From assembly GCA_963765575.1 (NCBI GenBank), contig CAVXWZ010000002.1, positions 224,001-288,000 on the forward strand: DNA of 64,000 bases, given 5' to 3'. Source of the DNA: an uncultured cyanobacterium. Its GTDB lineage: Bacteria > Cyanobacteriota > Cyanobacteriia > PCC-6307 > Cyanobiaceae. The notes under the pieces are model-generated. The model had not been told where the DNA came from, did not search any database, and saw only the letters and a list, made by a program, of their open reading frames with translations. A program made the position numbers and the translations under genes. Shown here in pieces: positions 19,661 through 28,687 of this stretch. Positions within the stretch are counted from its first letter, which is position 1. Each line of letters starts with the position of its first letter.

Positions 19661-19769
19661 CCACGTCCCTTTCGAGGGATAAATCGTGGGCCCGTCTGCC
19701 CTGATTCAAGAGTGAACAGAGGTGAATGACGGGCGGCCATTCGCGAGGTGTATGTGCGCCTCGTTTTTT
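19661..19769 (+). ncRNA. Candidate structured RNA: three hairpins ending in an intrinsic terminator
   Basis: Hairpins at 19661-19689, 19690-19734 and 19744-19763 followed by T6. Confidence 0.35.
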
Positions 19770-19829
19770 CAGTAATGAATCCGGACGACTGACTTTTCAA
19801 GTCTTTTGTCGGGGCAATCGATTGGTTGT

Positions 19830-20859
19830 CTTGATTAGGTAGCAAGCTCCGCCCGCCTGAGCAGGTGCTCCGGCTGGGCTGTGCAGAGGCAGGCAGCATG
19901 CAGTACACGTTCAGTCATCGCTGCCAGATCGAAACGTCGATTAAAACGGTAGCTGAAGGCACCCAGGTAGCGATCCGAGTACTTATCAAAACGAAGGGCA
20001 TGGAACGTGCCGTTAAAGCTGGTCTTCAGATTGCTGAGCACCGTGTTGATCCAGCGAAACTCGGGCAACTCATTGGGATGTCTCCCCTTCACGATGACCG
20101 GCTGATGCACGCAGCCGACTTCAGCCACAGCACGGAAGCAGGCCAGGCCGTCAGAAATCACTTCACACCCTTTGGCCAGGGCAACCTGGGTCCAGTCCGC
20201 AATGGCTGCGAAGGAAAACGTCCGGACCGTTGCAAGCTTCACATGAACGGGGTGCCCGGCATCATCAATGGAGACTGCTGCCACGATCGGAACCTTGTTC
20301 TCTGATCCCCGACCAGCCTTGCCACCATTGCGTTCTCCTCCAAGGTAGGCATCATCGATCTGCACCTTTCCCCGCAGCAGATAGGCCTCCTCACGCTCAC
20401 ACATGGCCTGCATGATTTTGTTGTGGACCAGCCACGCTGTTCGGTAGTTCACGCCAAGTTGCCTCATCAGGGCCAGCGAGGAAATGCCAGTCTTGGCCTG
20501 TCCGATTAAATAGAAAGCAAGGAACCAGGTTGTCAGTGGCAGCTTGGTGGCCTCCATGATTGTGCCAGCGGTGAGGGTCGTTTGATGGCGGCAATGCCGA
20601 CACTGGTACCGCTTGAGACGGCGGCCATAGACCAAACCATGCTCCTTCTCTCCGCAGCGGGGACAGATGAAACCTTCGGGCCAACGAGCCTGCTCAAGAG
20701 CGGCCTCGCACTTCTCCTCGGTGCCATAGAGCTCCATGAACTGGGGCAACGACATCCCTGGCTGGAACTGGACGCGGTTGGCAGACATGATTGAGAGTGG
20801 TATTTACGTACTACTGTAGCGACCGCCTGGGGCTCCGCGGAGCCTTCTGCCTAATCAAG
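19830..20859 (-). mobile_element. IS1595-family insertion sequence
   Basis: TIRs tcttgattaggtagcaagctccgc (19829-19852) and gcggagccttctgcctaatcaaga (20837-20860), 21/24 match. Confidence 0.92.
19835..20788 (-). CDS. IS1595-family transposase
   Basis: Zn ribbon CPRC...CRHC, QIDDAYLGG, GRGSENK, ISDG and YRFNRR. Confidence 0.93.
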   Translation of the reverse strand: MSANRVQFQPGMSLPQFMELYGTEEKCEAALEQARWPEGFICPRCGEKEHGLVYGRRLKRYQCRHCRHQTTLTAGTIMEATKLPLTTWFLAFYLIGQAKTGISSLALMRQLGVNYRTAWLVHNKIMQAMCEREEAYLLRGKVQIDDAYLGGERNGGKAGRGSENKVPIVAAVSIDDAGHPVHVKLATVRTFSFAAIADWTQVALAKGCEVISDGLACFRAVAEVGCVHQPVIVKGRHPNELPEFRWINTVLSNLKTSFNGTFHALRFDKYSDRYLGAFSYRFNRRFDLAAMTERVLHAACLCTAQPEHLLRRAELAT

Positions 20860-20940
20860 AGAACAGATGACATTCTTGCTGGCGAAGAACTCACGGTCAC
20901 CATAGAAAGAGCATTTCTTGTTTGTCTATTCCAATAGTAT

Positions 20941-23061
20941 TTAAGGACTATCTAGAAGCTGCCCAAGGCCTGCCCTGAGGCCAATGAGATAGCTCCTATA
21001 GTTTTTAATAAAACGCTTAAGGACTCTTAATTGAATTGCTTTTTCTCTGTTGTCATTCAAAAATTTTCTCATGTAGCTACGACCTGCAAGTGCAATGGCT
21101 TCTGCGTCAAGAGGGTTAGCGCGTAAAAAGGAAAGTCGCTGAATAAGATCGCTTAAATCAGGATTAACAGGAACGAAGTGAACCCATGGCTTGAGATCAA
21201 ATTCTAATAGCCAAGACTCTGTTGTTGGTGCCGGCATTAAGGGTACACACTGCGAGGCCAAGACTGCTTTTAGGCCAGTGGAAACATCATTTCCTTCAAG
21301 AACAAGCTGATAGCGGCAATCAAGGATATCCTGGAGTGGCGTAGTTTCCTTTTTGCAGTCATCAAAGTCGCTCTCATGAAAACCTTGCGAACCCGCCGAA
21401 AGCCTAGTAGTAATTTTATTAAATCCCATGTCAACCCCAAGCGCCTCTAGCCGCTGGCCTGCATTTGTCTTCAAGAAATGATATAGTAGACATCTAGGGG
21501 AAAGACGTTTTATGTCGCAATCATTCGCTGGATATTTAAGCCAAGACTTTCCAGTCGTAGCGCCACGGAATAATAAAATATCTTTTTTCAACTGGAATGG
21601 GTTCTCATCTCTACATGCTTTTAATGTTTTTTCCCAGTGGCGTCTTTCCGAAAGCTTCATGAGAGTGATATTATCAGACCTGCTTCTTCGGGTCTTCGCA
21701 ATAACCGGTCGATCCCATTCTGAAGTGTTGTCATGTGTCACAACTGGAACGTACAAGCCCGACTTGAGCGCTCTAAGTAGCTTACTGACTGGATATACAT
21801 AGTCAAAGAATCCACTTTGCTCCCATCCGCTATCTATTTCATAACCGGGAATTGTCTTTACGTGAAAGTTCTTGAATCTCAAGTATGCCTTCTGTCTATC
21901 TTCGCATCCGAATACGCGCATTGCGTATCGGATGGCTGCACCAGATGAATGCATTGAGGTATTAATCTCAAAAGAGAAAGTGTTGTCGAGCCTGGAGATT
22001 GGTATATAGACGTGAATGCGACTTTTACTTGTAGATATAGGTTTGCTAGCTAGTTGCATGCCTTCAATGGAATCTTTTTTTTCTAGTAAAGATGCACCTT
22101 GATTGCTAGTACAATAAAGATGTCTGCCAATCAGATCCCACAAAGGGAGGTCGTGGTTGAGAAGACATGTCTTTATATATGAAATATCTAAATTGCCAAG
22201 CCTCTCGACATCTAGATACTTGATAGACTGATTCACCCTAGACGACGCTGGCTTCTCCAAACCTAAGCTCGCATAGACAAGCTCCAGTTGATTAATTGGA
22301 ACCAGCCTGCATTCCGCGGGAGAATAGATATGTGAAAGAAAATTTTCTGGCGAAGCGAGCAAGGATTCTGGCAATAAAAATTTTGAGATAAGGTTTGAAT
22401 AGCTTTTGCGGAAGTACCTACTATGCAACACTAATCTAGCGTGGTCATGAGTAAACTTTTCCTTTTTTTTCACTAAGTCTAAGCCTTCTTGAGAAAAGCG
22501 CTCTATCCAATTTTTGGAGTCGGGACGACCAGGATAATTGTCGATACAAGTTAATATATAGTTTACGTGGCTCTGAATGATTTCGGTTGGTCCTCGTAAA
22601 GTCGTAAACAGTATCTTTGCTTTTTGATCAAGACCCGATCGGCGAAAAAGATATAGTGGAATATGACCATGTATAAATAGTGACTTGACAGATAAAACTT
22701 TTTCAGCAAGATCGATTTTGTCATTGACTCTCTGCCACTTTGACACCCAAAACTGTGCCTGCCTAACAAAGCTGTAGGTCAAGCAAGTACCTTTGTGAAG
22801 TGACCGAAAGTCTTCCACAATCTTTGTTCCTGCACATTTTGGGATATGACAGAACAAATAAAGCTCCGCATCACGGCGCCTCGCTCCCGCATCAATCAGA
22901 TAAAGCTCTAACCAAGCAGACTGTAAGGCCTCTACAATATAGGATTGTGCATTTGTCGTAGCATCTTCAGGTCTTTTACTAGGTCTTCCCCATTTGGAGC
23001 TCATCGAAAGGCTTGCTGTCGTGATAGCTTTGTATATAACTTCTACCTGCAAACGAGACAT
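20941..23061 (-). CDS. Fusion of a sulfotransferase-like domain and a GT90/CAP10 glycosyltransferase
   Basis: N-part HIPKCAGT, IHGH and TTLRGP...SH; C-part FRGATTG, YQLVLEGNDVSTGLK and LKPWVHFVPV..DLSDL. Confidence 0.75.
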   Translation of the reverse strand: MSRLQVEVIYKAITTASLSMSSKWGRPSKRPEDATTNAQSYIVEALQSAWLELYLIDAGARRRDAELYLFCHIPKCAGTKIVEDFRSLHKGTCLTYSFVRQAQFWVSKWQRVNDKIDLAEKVLSVKSLFIHGHIPLYLFRRSGLDQKAKILFTTLRGPTEIIQSHVNYILTCIDNYPGRPDSKNWIERFSQEGLDLVKKKEKFTHDHARLVLHSRYFRKSYSNLISKFLLPESLLASPENFLSHIYSPAECRLVPINQLELVYASLGLEKPASSRVNQSIKYLDVERLGNLDISYIKTCLLNHDLPLWDLIGRHLYCTSNQGASLLEKKDSIEGMQLASKPISTSKSRIHVYIPISRLDNTFSFEINTSMHSSGAAIRYAMRVFGCEDRQKAYLRFKNFHVKTIPGYEIDSGWEQSGFFDYVYPVSKLLRALKSGLYVPVVTHDNTSEWDRPVIAKTRRSRSDNITLMKLSERRHWEKTLKACRDENPFQLKKDILLFRGATTGKSWLKYPANDCDIKRLSPRCLLYHFLKTNAGQRLEALGVDMGFNKITTRLSAGSQGFHESDFDDCKKETTPLQDILDCRYQLVLEGNDVSTGLKAVLASQCVPLMPAPTTESWLLEFDLKPWVHFVPVNPDLSDLIQRLSFLRANPLDAEAIALAGRSYMRKFLNDNREKAIQLRVLKRFIKNYRSYLIGLRAGLGQLLDSP

Positions 23062-23432
23062 GTTCGAAATATAATCATTCAGGCGCTCGTCGCCTGGCCC
23101 ACTGAGTTTTGGTAATTCTCTAAGAAGTTGAGTAATCCTCTCTAGAGGGGATTCTTGGCCAAATATCTACCACTGGGAAAGACCGCTTTTGATTATTTTC
23201 CGACCCTAGCATGGAGCCAAATGTAGCATGAGCAAGGTGTCTGCATCACTACGCGGCCTTGCGAAGGATGGATGTTGGGTTGCGATTTCAATGCAAGTTT
23301 ATTCGACGTGCCCTGACCATACTTAGGCTCCATGCGTGCGTCTCCGACTAGATTGCTAGTCGCACCTTACCACTTTCCGGCTATTGCCTCAGGGGGGACA
23401 GGCTTTGAGCAAGGCACTATTCAGCATAAAAG

Positions 23433-24606
23433 ATGAAAACTAGTCGAAGAAGGGAGCTAAACGCTCTCGAGACAGGTCAGGCTCCAATCGGCTTTAGATC
23501 GAGTGGGAAGACACTCTATCGGAATTCATTTCAAACAAAGGCTCGCTATCTTCTCGACCTCGCCAGCAACGACTACCTCGGCCTCAGCCGCCACCCCGAC
23601 GGTGGTCGCCGCCGCCCAGGCCGCCGCGGCCCGTGATGGGGTGGGCGCCGGCGGCTCCCGCCTGGTCACCGGCACCCGGCCGGTGCACATGGAGCTGGAG
23701 GCCGAGCTGGCGGCCTGGCTGGGGCGCGATCGGGCGCTGCTGTTCCCCAGCGGCTTCCAGGCCAACCTGGCGGCGGTGCTGGCCCTGGCCGACCGCCACA
23801 GCCTGGTGATCGCCGACCGGCTGATCCACCACTCCCTGCTCACCGGCGTGGCCGCCAGCGGCGCCCGGCTGCGGCGCTTCGCCCACAACGACCTGGCCCA
23901 GCTCGAGCGCCGGCTCAGCGAAGCCCGCCGCAGCAAGCCCGAGCAGCGCCTGCTGGTGCTGAGCGAGAGCCTGTTCTCCATGCAGGGCACCAGCCCCGAC
24001 GTGCCGGCCCTGGCCGCCCTCTGCGAGCGCTTCGGGGCGGCGCTGCTGCTGGATGAGGCCCATGCCCTGGGGGTGCTGGGTCCGGGCGGCCGCGGGACTG
24101 GGCCACGGCATCGGCTCGATCGCCCTGATCAGCGGCACCTTCGGCAAGGCCTTCGGCAGCGGCGGCGCCTTCCTGGCCGGCGGCGAGCTGGTGATGGAGT
24201 GGCTGCTGCAGAGCAGCGGCGCCTTCCGCTACACCACCGCCCTGGCGCCGCCCCTGGCCGCCGGGGCCCTGGCTTCCCTGCAGCTGATCCAGCGCCGCCA
24301 GCTGAGCCGCTGGCGGCCGGCCAACCGCCAGCCGATCTGCTGGACCGGGCCCGGCGCTGGCGCGATGGCCTCGAGGCCGCCGGCTGGCCCCGGCCCCCCG
24401 GCGAGGGGCCGATCCTGCCGCTGCTGGTGGGCAGCGATGAGCGCGCCCTGGCGCTGCAACAGCAGCTGGAGTCCGCCGGCCTGCTGGCGGTGGCGATCCG
24501 CCCCCCCACCGTGCCCGAAGGCACCGCCCGGCTGCGGCTGGTGCTGCGGGCCGACCTGCCGTCCGGCACCCTGGAGCGGCTGCTGGTCGCTCTCGGGCCA
24601 CCATGA
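23433..24606 (+). pseudogene. bioF: 8-amino-7-oxononanoate synthase with three apparent frameshifts (about 23597, 24095 and 24295-24330)
   Basis: ASNDYLGL, GSRLVTG, SGFQAN, DEAH, GTFGKAFG and IRPPTVP are spread across three frames; may be sequencing error. Confidence 0.85.
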
Positions 24607-24672
24607 GCCGGTGCCCACCGGAAGCCACCGTGAGCCGCCTTGGCGCCCCCATGACGCCCCCATGACCAGCCC

Positions 24673-25359
24673 ATGACCACCCAGCTGATCGCCATGCACG
24701 GCTGGGCGGGTGACAGCCGCGGCTGGGACCCCTTCGCCGCCGCCGCCCGTCGCCAGGGCTGGCTGTGGCAGGCGCCGGACCGGGGCTACGGACCCTGTGC
24801 ACCCGCAGCGGCGCAGTGGCAGCCCCAGGCCCGTCGCCGCGTGCTGATCGCCCATTCCCTCGGGCCCCAGCTGGTGGGCGATGGGGTGCTGGCGCAGGCC
24901 GATGCCGTGGTGCTGCTGGCCAGTTTCGGGCGCTTCGTGCCGCCAGGCCCCGAGGGGCGCCGGCTGGCCGCGGCCCTGGCGGGCATGGCCGAAGCCCTGC
25001 GCGGCCCCCAGCCCGAAGCCATGCTGCAGGCCTTTCTGGCCGAGGCCGCCGCACCCGAGCCCCTCAACCAGCTGCCGGTGACGATCGCCGACGGGCCCCT
25101 GCCAGCGGCGGGCCGCGAGCGGCTGCTGGCGGATCTGGCGCTGCTGGCGGCCACCAGCGCCCTGCCGCCAGCCCTGCCCGCGGCGATCCCCTGCCTGATC
25201 GTGGAGGCCGGCGCCGACCGCATCGTGGGGCCCGAGGCCCAGACCCTGCTGAAGCGGGAGCGGCCCACCGCCGACCTGATTCACTACCCCCAGGCCGGCC
25301 ACTGCCTGCTGGGCACGCCGGTGGTGTCGGAGCTGATGGCGTGGATCTCCAACCTCTGA
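24673..25359 (+). CDS. Pimeloyl-ACP methyl ester esterase (BioH/BioK-type alpha/beta hydrolase)
   Basis: MHGW, AHSLG nucleophile elbow, D and GH; lies between bioF and bioC. Confidence 0.78.
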   Translation: MTTQLIAMHGWAGDSRGWDPFAAAARRQGWLWQAPDRGYGPCAPAAAQWQPQARRRVLIAHSLGPQLVGDGVLAQADAVVLLASFGRFVPPGPEGRRLAAALAGMAEALRGPQPEAMLQAFLAEAAAPEPLNQLPVTIADGPLPAAGRERLLADLALLAATSALPPALPAAIPCLIVEAGADRIVGPEAQTLLKRERPTADLIHYPQAGHCLLGTPVVSELMAWISNL

Positions 25360-26192
25360 TCAGCCCACCAGCCGCCCCCCAACCCAGGGGACCCTTCAGC
25401 GGCCGGGTGCGCCGTGCCTTCGCCGGCCAGGCGGCGGCCTACGAGCGCCACGCCGTCCTGCAGCGGGCCGTCGCCTGGCGGCTGGCCCATCACTGCCGCG
25501 CCCTGGCCCTGCCAGCCGGCCCCAGCGCCGACCTGGGGGCCGGCAGCGGCCTGGTGGGACAGGCGCTGCGTCAGCAACGCGCAGGCTCCCACCTTCACGC
25601 GGACGGTGAGTTCCAGGCTTGGCAAGAGCCAGAACTGCTCCAGCTCGACCACTGCCCCGAGCTGCTGGCCCGCAATCCCCTCGCCAGCACCACCGCCGCA
25701 AGGTGCTGGGACCTGGAGCAGGGCCTGCCGGGCGAGCTCAGCGGTGCCGCCCTGCTCACCTCCAGCTTCGCCCTGCAGTGGCTGAGCCAGCCGGCCGCCC
25801 AGCTGGAGCACTGGTGCAAGCGCCTGGCCCCCGGGGGTTGGCTGGTGCTGGCGGTGCCCACCGCCGCCAGCTTTCCGCAGTGGCACCGGGCCGCCGCCCA
25901 GGCCGGGGTGCCGTTCACCGGCCTGGAGCTGCCTGAGGCGCCAGATCTGGAGGCGGTGGCCGATCGCGAACTGGTGGTGCGGCGGCTGCAGAGGCTGCGC
26001 TTCAGCCGCCCTGCCGATGGCCGGCATTTCCTGCGAGAGCTTCGGGCGATCGGCGCCGGCAGCAGTCGCCATCCGCCCCTCAGCGCCCCACAACTGCGCC
26101 AGCTGCTGCAACACTGGCCCAGGAGCGGGGTGATCACGTGGGAGGTGCTGCTGCTGATCGGCCAGCGACCTGGCCGCCACCAACCGCTCTGA
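25356..26192 (+). CDS. bioC: Malonyl-ACP O-methyltransferase BioC-like (start uncertain: CTG 25356 or GTG 25407)
   Basis: AF...AAAYE.HA.LQ, DLGAGSG, SSFALQW and SFPQW. Confidence 0.78.
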   Translation: MISPPAAPQPRGPFSGRVRRAFAGQAAAYERHAVLQRAVAWRLAHHCRALALPAGPSADLGAGSGLVGQALRQQRAGSHLHADGEFQAWQEPELLQLDHCPELLARNPLASTTAARCWDLEQGLPGELSGAALLTSSFALQWLSQPAAQLEHWCKRLAPGGWLVLAVPTAASFPQWHRAAAQAGVPFTGLELPEAPDLEAVADRELVVRRLQRLRFSRPADGRHFLRELRAIGAGSSRHPPLSAPQLRQLLQHWPRSGVITWEVLLLIGQRPGRHQPL

Positions 26193-26851
26193 ACGCCCCC
26201 CCGGGCCTGCCGCGCCGCCTGGTGGTCTGCGGCACCGACACCGACGTGGGCAAGACCCTGGTGAGCGCCTGGCTGGTGCAGGGGCTGGGCGCCAGCTACT
26301 GGAAGCCGGTGCAGAGCGGCCTGGCCGATGGCGGCGACAGCGCCACGGTGCGCCGCCTGCTGGATCTGCCCCGCGAGCGCCTGCTGCCCGAGGCCTACCG
26401 GCTGCAATCCCCCGTGTCCCCCCACTGGGCCGCCGAGCGCGACGGCGTGCAACTCGAACCCGAGCGCCTGGCGCTGCCGGCCGGCGATGGGCCCCTGGTG
26501 GTGGAGACCGCCGGCGGCCTGCTGGTGCCGCTGCGCCGCGACTGGCTGCAGATCGAGCAGCTGCAGCGCTGGGGCCTGCCGCTGCTGCTGGTGGCCCGCA
26601 GCGGCCTGGGCACCCTCAACCACACCCTGCTGTCGCTCGAGGCCCTGCGCGCCCGGGCCCTCACCGTGCTGGGGCTGGTGCTCAACGGCCCCCCCCACGC
26701 CGACAACCCCCGCACCCTCGAGCAGCTGGGGGGGGTGCCGGTGCTGGCCCAGCTGCCCCGCCTCGCCAGCCCCAGCGCCGCCACCCTCGCCGAGCAGTGG
26801 CGCCAGCAGGCCATGGGACGCCACTGGCCAGCAGCGGAGCCCACGCCATGA
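26189..26851 (+). CDS. bioD: Dethiobiotin synthase (start uncertain)
   Basis: GTDTDVGKT, WKPVQSG, SPH, ETAGG and LGTLNHT. Confidence 0.92.
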   Translation: MNAPPGLPRRLVVCGTDTDVGKTLVSAWLVQGLGASYWKPVQSGLADGGDSATVRRLLDLPRERLLPEAYRLQSPVSPHWAAERDGVQLEPERLALPAGDGPLVVETAGGLLVPLRRDWLQIEQLQRWGLPLLLVARSGLGTLNHTLLSLEALRARALTVLGLVLNGPPHADNPRTLEQLGGVPVLAQLPRLASPSAATLAEQWRQQAMGRHWPAAEPTP

Positions 26852-27003
26852 CCCGCCGCGACAGCCTGGTCACCGCCGCCGTGCTGCTGATCTGCGCCGG
26901 AATCCTGGTGCTGTTCACCGACGCCGAGATCCGGGCGGTGCGCTGGCTGAACTGCGGCCCGCTGGCCAGTCCCGCTGCACGCGACAGCGAAGCCTGCCGC
27001 TGA
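26848..27003 (+). CDS. Small membrane protein (51 aa)
   Basis: ATGA overlap with bioD; one TM segment followed by RWLNCG...C. Confidence 0.65.
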   Translation: MTRRDSLVTAAVLLICAGILVLFTDAEIRAVRWLNCGPLASPAARDSEACR

Positions 27004-27020
27004 GCGTGTGGCAGCCCCCC

Positions 27021-27287
27021 TCAGGGGCCGGCCAGGATCGCCGCCTCGGCGTCGGCGCGGGAGAGGCCATAGGGGAAGCAGCGCTCGCTCTGGCAACCAT
27101 CGGCGTGCCAGCTCACCTTCAGCTCCTCCACCTCCAGCTCGATGCGGGCACTCCACTCCGGCCGGTGCAGATCCCAGAGACAGGGGTCGCTGCGCTCCTG
27201 CAGCGCCCCCAGCCGCCTCAGCCAGATCTCCAGGGCCGGCAGGGGGTGCTTGTAGAGGGGGGTATCGGGGCTGGGCAGCTGGCTCAT
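27021..27287 (-). CDS. DUF3143-like cyanobacterial protein
   Basis: TPLYKHPLPALE.WL and FPYGLSRADAEAAI..GP. Confidence 0.75.
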   Translation of the reverse strand: MSQLPSPDTPLYKHPLPALEIWLRRLGALQERSDPCLWDLHRPEWSARIELEVEELKVSWHADGCQSERCFPYGLSRADAEAAILAGP

Positions 27288-27299
27288 GGGGTCAGGGTC

Positions 27300-27782
27300 T
27301 CACGCGGGGGGCCACCAGCTGGGCCACTCGGCCAGGGCCGCCCCCCGCGCCCAGGCCAGCCCCACCCCCAGCACGAGGCTGAACAGCAGCGCCAGCCCCA
27401 GCAGCAGCAACGCCAGCCACTCGCCACCGGAGAGCGCCCGGCGCACCGAATCGGGCCCGGTGCCCAGCGCCGGCGGCACCGGCGGCCTGGTCGCCACAGC
27501 GGCAGCACGGCTGCCGGCGGCGGCGGCCGCCGCCAGCGCGGCCAGGCGCAGCTGGGCGTCGTAGCGGCGGCGGGCCTCCGGATCGCTGAGCACCGCATAG
27601 GCCTGCTGCAGCCGCTGGAAGGCCGGCTCCGCCTCCACCGCCGGCAGGCTGGTGGTGTCGGGGTGGTACTGCTTGCTGAGGCTGCGGAAGGCCCGGCGCA
27701 GCTCCTCGGCCGAAGCGCCCATCGGCAGCTGCAGCAGCTGGTAGTGGCTGGCGCCGAAGCGGGGCGTGCTGCCGGAGTTCAC
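27300..27782 (-). CDS. J-domain (DnaJ-like) membrane protein
   Basis: [23 protein letters not shown] and a C-terminal TM. Confidence 0.88.
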   Translation of the reverse strand: MNSGSTPRFGASHYQLLQLPMGASAEELRRAFRSLSKQYHPDTTSLPAVEAEPAFQRLQQAYAVLSDPEARRRYDAQLRLAALAAAAAAGSRAAAVATRPPVPPALGTGPDSVRRALSGGEWLALLLLGLALLFSLVLGVGLAWARGAALAEWPSWWPPA

Positions 27783-27841
27783 CAACGGCGGAGGGGCCGA
27801 TCTGGTGGATCCTAGGGATCTCCACCCGCCCGTCAGTCCGG

Positions 27842-28687
27842 ATGCCCCCATCCCCCGCCGGTGAGAGCCGCTCCAGCCTCTGGCAGCGGCTGGGCTGGCA
27901 GCCCAGCGCCGAGCAGAACCAGCAGTTCGAGGCCCTGCAGCAGCAGCTGCGGCAGTGGAACGGCCGCCTCAACCTCACCCGCCTGGTGGAGGGCGACGAC
28001 TACTGGATCGCCCAGGTGTTCGACAGCCTCTGGCCCCTGGTGCCCCTGCTGCAGGCCCCTGCGGCCCCAGCGTCTGCCGACTCGGCCCTGCGCCCGGATC
28101 CGCCCCTGCGCCTGATTGATGTGGGCACCGGCGGCGGCTTCCCCGGTCTGGCGGTGGCGATCGCCCTGCCCACAGCCCAGCTCACCCTGGTGGATTCAGT
28201 GGGCCGCAAACTGGAGGCGGTGCGGGCGATGGCCACCGAGCTGGGGCTGGAGCAGCGCCTCAGCCTGCGCTGCGAGCGCATCGAGCGCACGGGCCGCGAC
28301 CCCGCCTGCCGCGGCCGCTTCGACTGGGCCCTGGCCCGGGCCGTGGCCAGCGCGCCGGTGGTGGCCGAATACCTGCTGCCACTGCTGGCTCCCCAGGGCC
28401 GCGCCCTGCTCTACCGCGGCCAGTGGAGCTCCGCCGACCAGGCCGCCCTGGAGCGGGCGCTGACGCCGCTGCGGGCCGGCATGGAGCGTTGCCGCAGCCT
28501 GGAGCTTCCCGGCGGCCGGGGGCTGCGCCATGCCCTGGTGCTCCAGCCCACCGGCCCCTGCCCCGGCGCCTATCCGCGGGCGGTGGGTGTGCCCGCCAAA
28601 CAGCCCCTGGGCAGTGCCGCGGCGAGCCCGGCCAGCCCTACTCGGCCATCAGGCGCTGCACGGCCTGGCCGCCGAGCCGTTCCCTGA
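27842..28687 (+). CDS. rsmG: 16S rRNA m7G527 methyltransferase
   Basis: [24 protein letters not shown] and [11 protein letters not shown]. Confidence 0.93.
   Translation: MPPSPAGESRSSLWQRLGWQPSAEQNQQFEALQQQLRQWNGRLNLTRLVEGDDYWIAQVFDSLWPLVPLLQAPAAPASADSALRPDPPLRLIDVGTGGGFPGLAVAIALPTAQLTLVDSVGRKLEAVRAMATELGLEQRLSLRCERIERTGRDPACRGRFDWALARAVASAPVVAEYLLPLLAPQGRALLYRGQWSSADQAALERALTPLRAGMERCRSLELPGGRGLRHALVLQPTGPCPGAYPRAVGVPAKQPLGSAAASPASPTRPSGAARPGRRAVP

Larger units (their letters stand above)
12561..23560. mobile_element. Low-GC glycosylation genomic island between helY and bioF
   Basis: Abrupt compositional drop at about 12555 and return at about 23555; contains glycosyl- and sulfotransferases and several IS; no integrase seen. 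Confidence 0.85.

Noticed and set aside
23062..23432. BirA operator or ops/JUMPstart element upstream of bioF or the GT90 gene
   Set aside because: No match to either consensus; only a 7-bp hairpin (cgactag-attg-ctagtcg) of unknown meaning
24765..25355. Apparent 200-aa N-terminal extension of BioC
   Set aside because: Alternative frame of the esterase gene; low-complexity G/R/A sequence
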